A DNA stretch of 64,000 nucleotides, from positions 19,415,562 through 19,479,561 of the forward strand of contig NC_057719.1 in assembly GCF_004010195.1 (NCBI RefSeq). The letters are read 5' to 3'. Shown here in pieces: positions 63,366-64,000 of the stretch. Each line of letters begins with the position of its first letter. Position 1 is the first letter of the stretch. This stretch comes from Chiloscyllium plagiosum. Taxonomy: Eukaryota. Made by a program: the position numbers and the translations under genes. The notes beneath the pieces are model-generated. The model was not told the origin of the DNA, searched no databases, and saw only the letters and a program-made list of their open reading frames with translations.

Positions 63366-63690
63366 GGGAGGCAATGGTCTAGTGGTATTATTGCTCAGCT
63401 GTTAACCCAGGCGGAGACCCGGGTTCAAATCCTGCCACAGCAGATGGTGGAATTTGAATTAAATTCCTAATGATGACCATGAATCCATTGATGATTATCT
63501 GATCCATCTCGTTCATTAATGCCCTATAGGGAAGGAAATGGCTATCCTTACCTGGTCTGGCTTACATGTGACTCCAGGCCAACAGCATTGTGGTTGACTC
63601 TTAACTAGTGTCTGGGAAATTATGGATAGGCATTAAATACTGGACTCAGCCAGCAACACCCATGTCCTGTGAATGAATGAAAAATAAAGT
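63366..63690 (+). mobile_element. tRNA-derived SINE
   Basis: A box tggtctagtgg, B box gggttcaaatcc, central core, tail gtgaatgaatgaaaaa. Confidence 0.8.
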
Positions 63691-63699
63691 AAGTAAGCA

Positions 63700-63965
63700 A
63701 ATGGGAGTTCAATAGGGGAAGTGTGAAATTGTCTGTTTTGGGGGAAAAGAAGAAACATTATCTAAATGGTGAGAAGTGGAAAAGCTCTGAGGTGTGGAGA
63801 GATTTGAGTGTCCATGTGCATGAATCGCAGAAGGTTAGTCTGCAGGTAACACATGTAATGAGGAAAACTAACAGAATGGTAAGTTTTATTGCAAGGGGAA
63901 TTAAATGCAAAAGGTTATGCTTCAGTCATCCAAGACGTTTGTAGGACTACATCTGGAGTACTGAT
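63700..63965 (+). mobile_element. CR1 RT fragment
   Basis: YLNGEKWKSSEVWRDLSVHVHESQKVSLQV...MVSFIARGI. Confidence 0.8.
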
Positions 63966-64000
63966 GTATAGTATGAATTGGACACAACTCAGAGATGGTC

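Noticed and set aside
1..64000. CRISPR array, prokaryotic operon or known miRNA
   Set aside because: No regularly spaced repeat-spacer structure, no gene-dense region and no mature miRNA sequence I recognise; the hairpins present are transposon-derived.

Overview
This is repeat-dominated, non-coding vertebrate DNA, almost certainly from an elasmobranch (shark/ray). That call rests on HE1-type V-SINEs, HER1/CR1 LINEs, Deu-domain SINEs and shark-type Penelope elements. I found no credible host protein-coding exon, rRNA, real tRNA gene or CRISPR array, so the window looks like a large intron or gene desert, with four assembly gaps. Every ORF I can recognise is a broken transposon fragment: CR1 ORF1/endonuclease/RT, L2, RTE, Tx1, Rex1 and Penelope GIY-YIG. 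Four observations stand out. (1) A family of short fold-back Penelope-derived inserts has 12-14 bp TSDs and minimal hammerhead-ribozyme cores, sometimes on both strands. (2) Two perfect locally templated duplications are present, one of which preserves the empty site of a neighbouring SINE insertion. (3) A CR1 5' UTR has an apparent spliceosomal intron ending 4 nt before the ORF1 ATG. (4) Several repeat-free, motif-dense blocks are candidate conserved enhancers. Family names come from recognition, not database searches, and most repeat boundaries are approximate. I cannot claim a wholly new biological system from this sequence.
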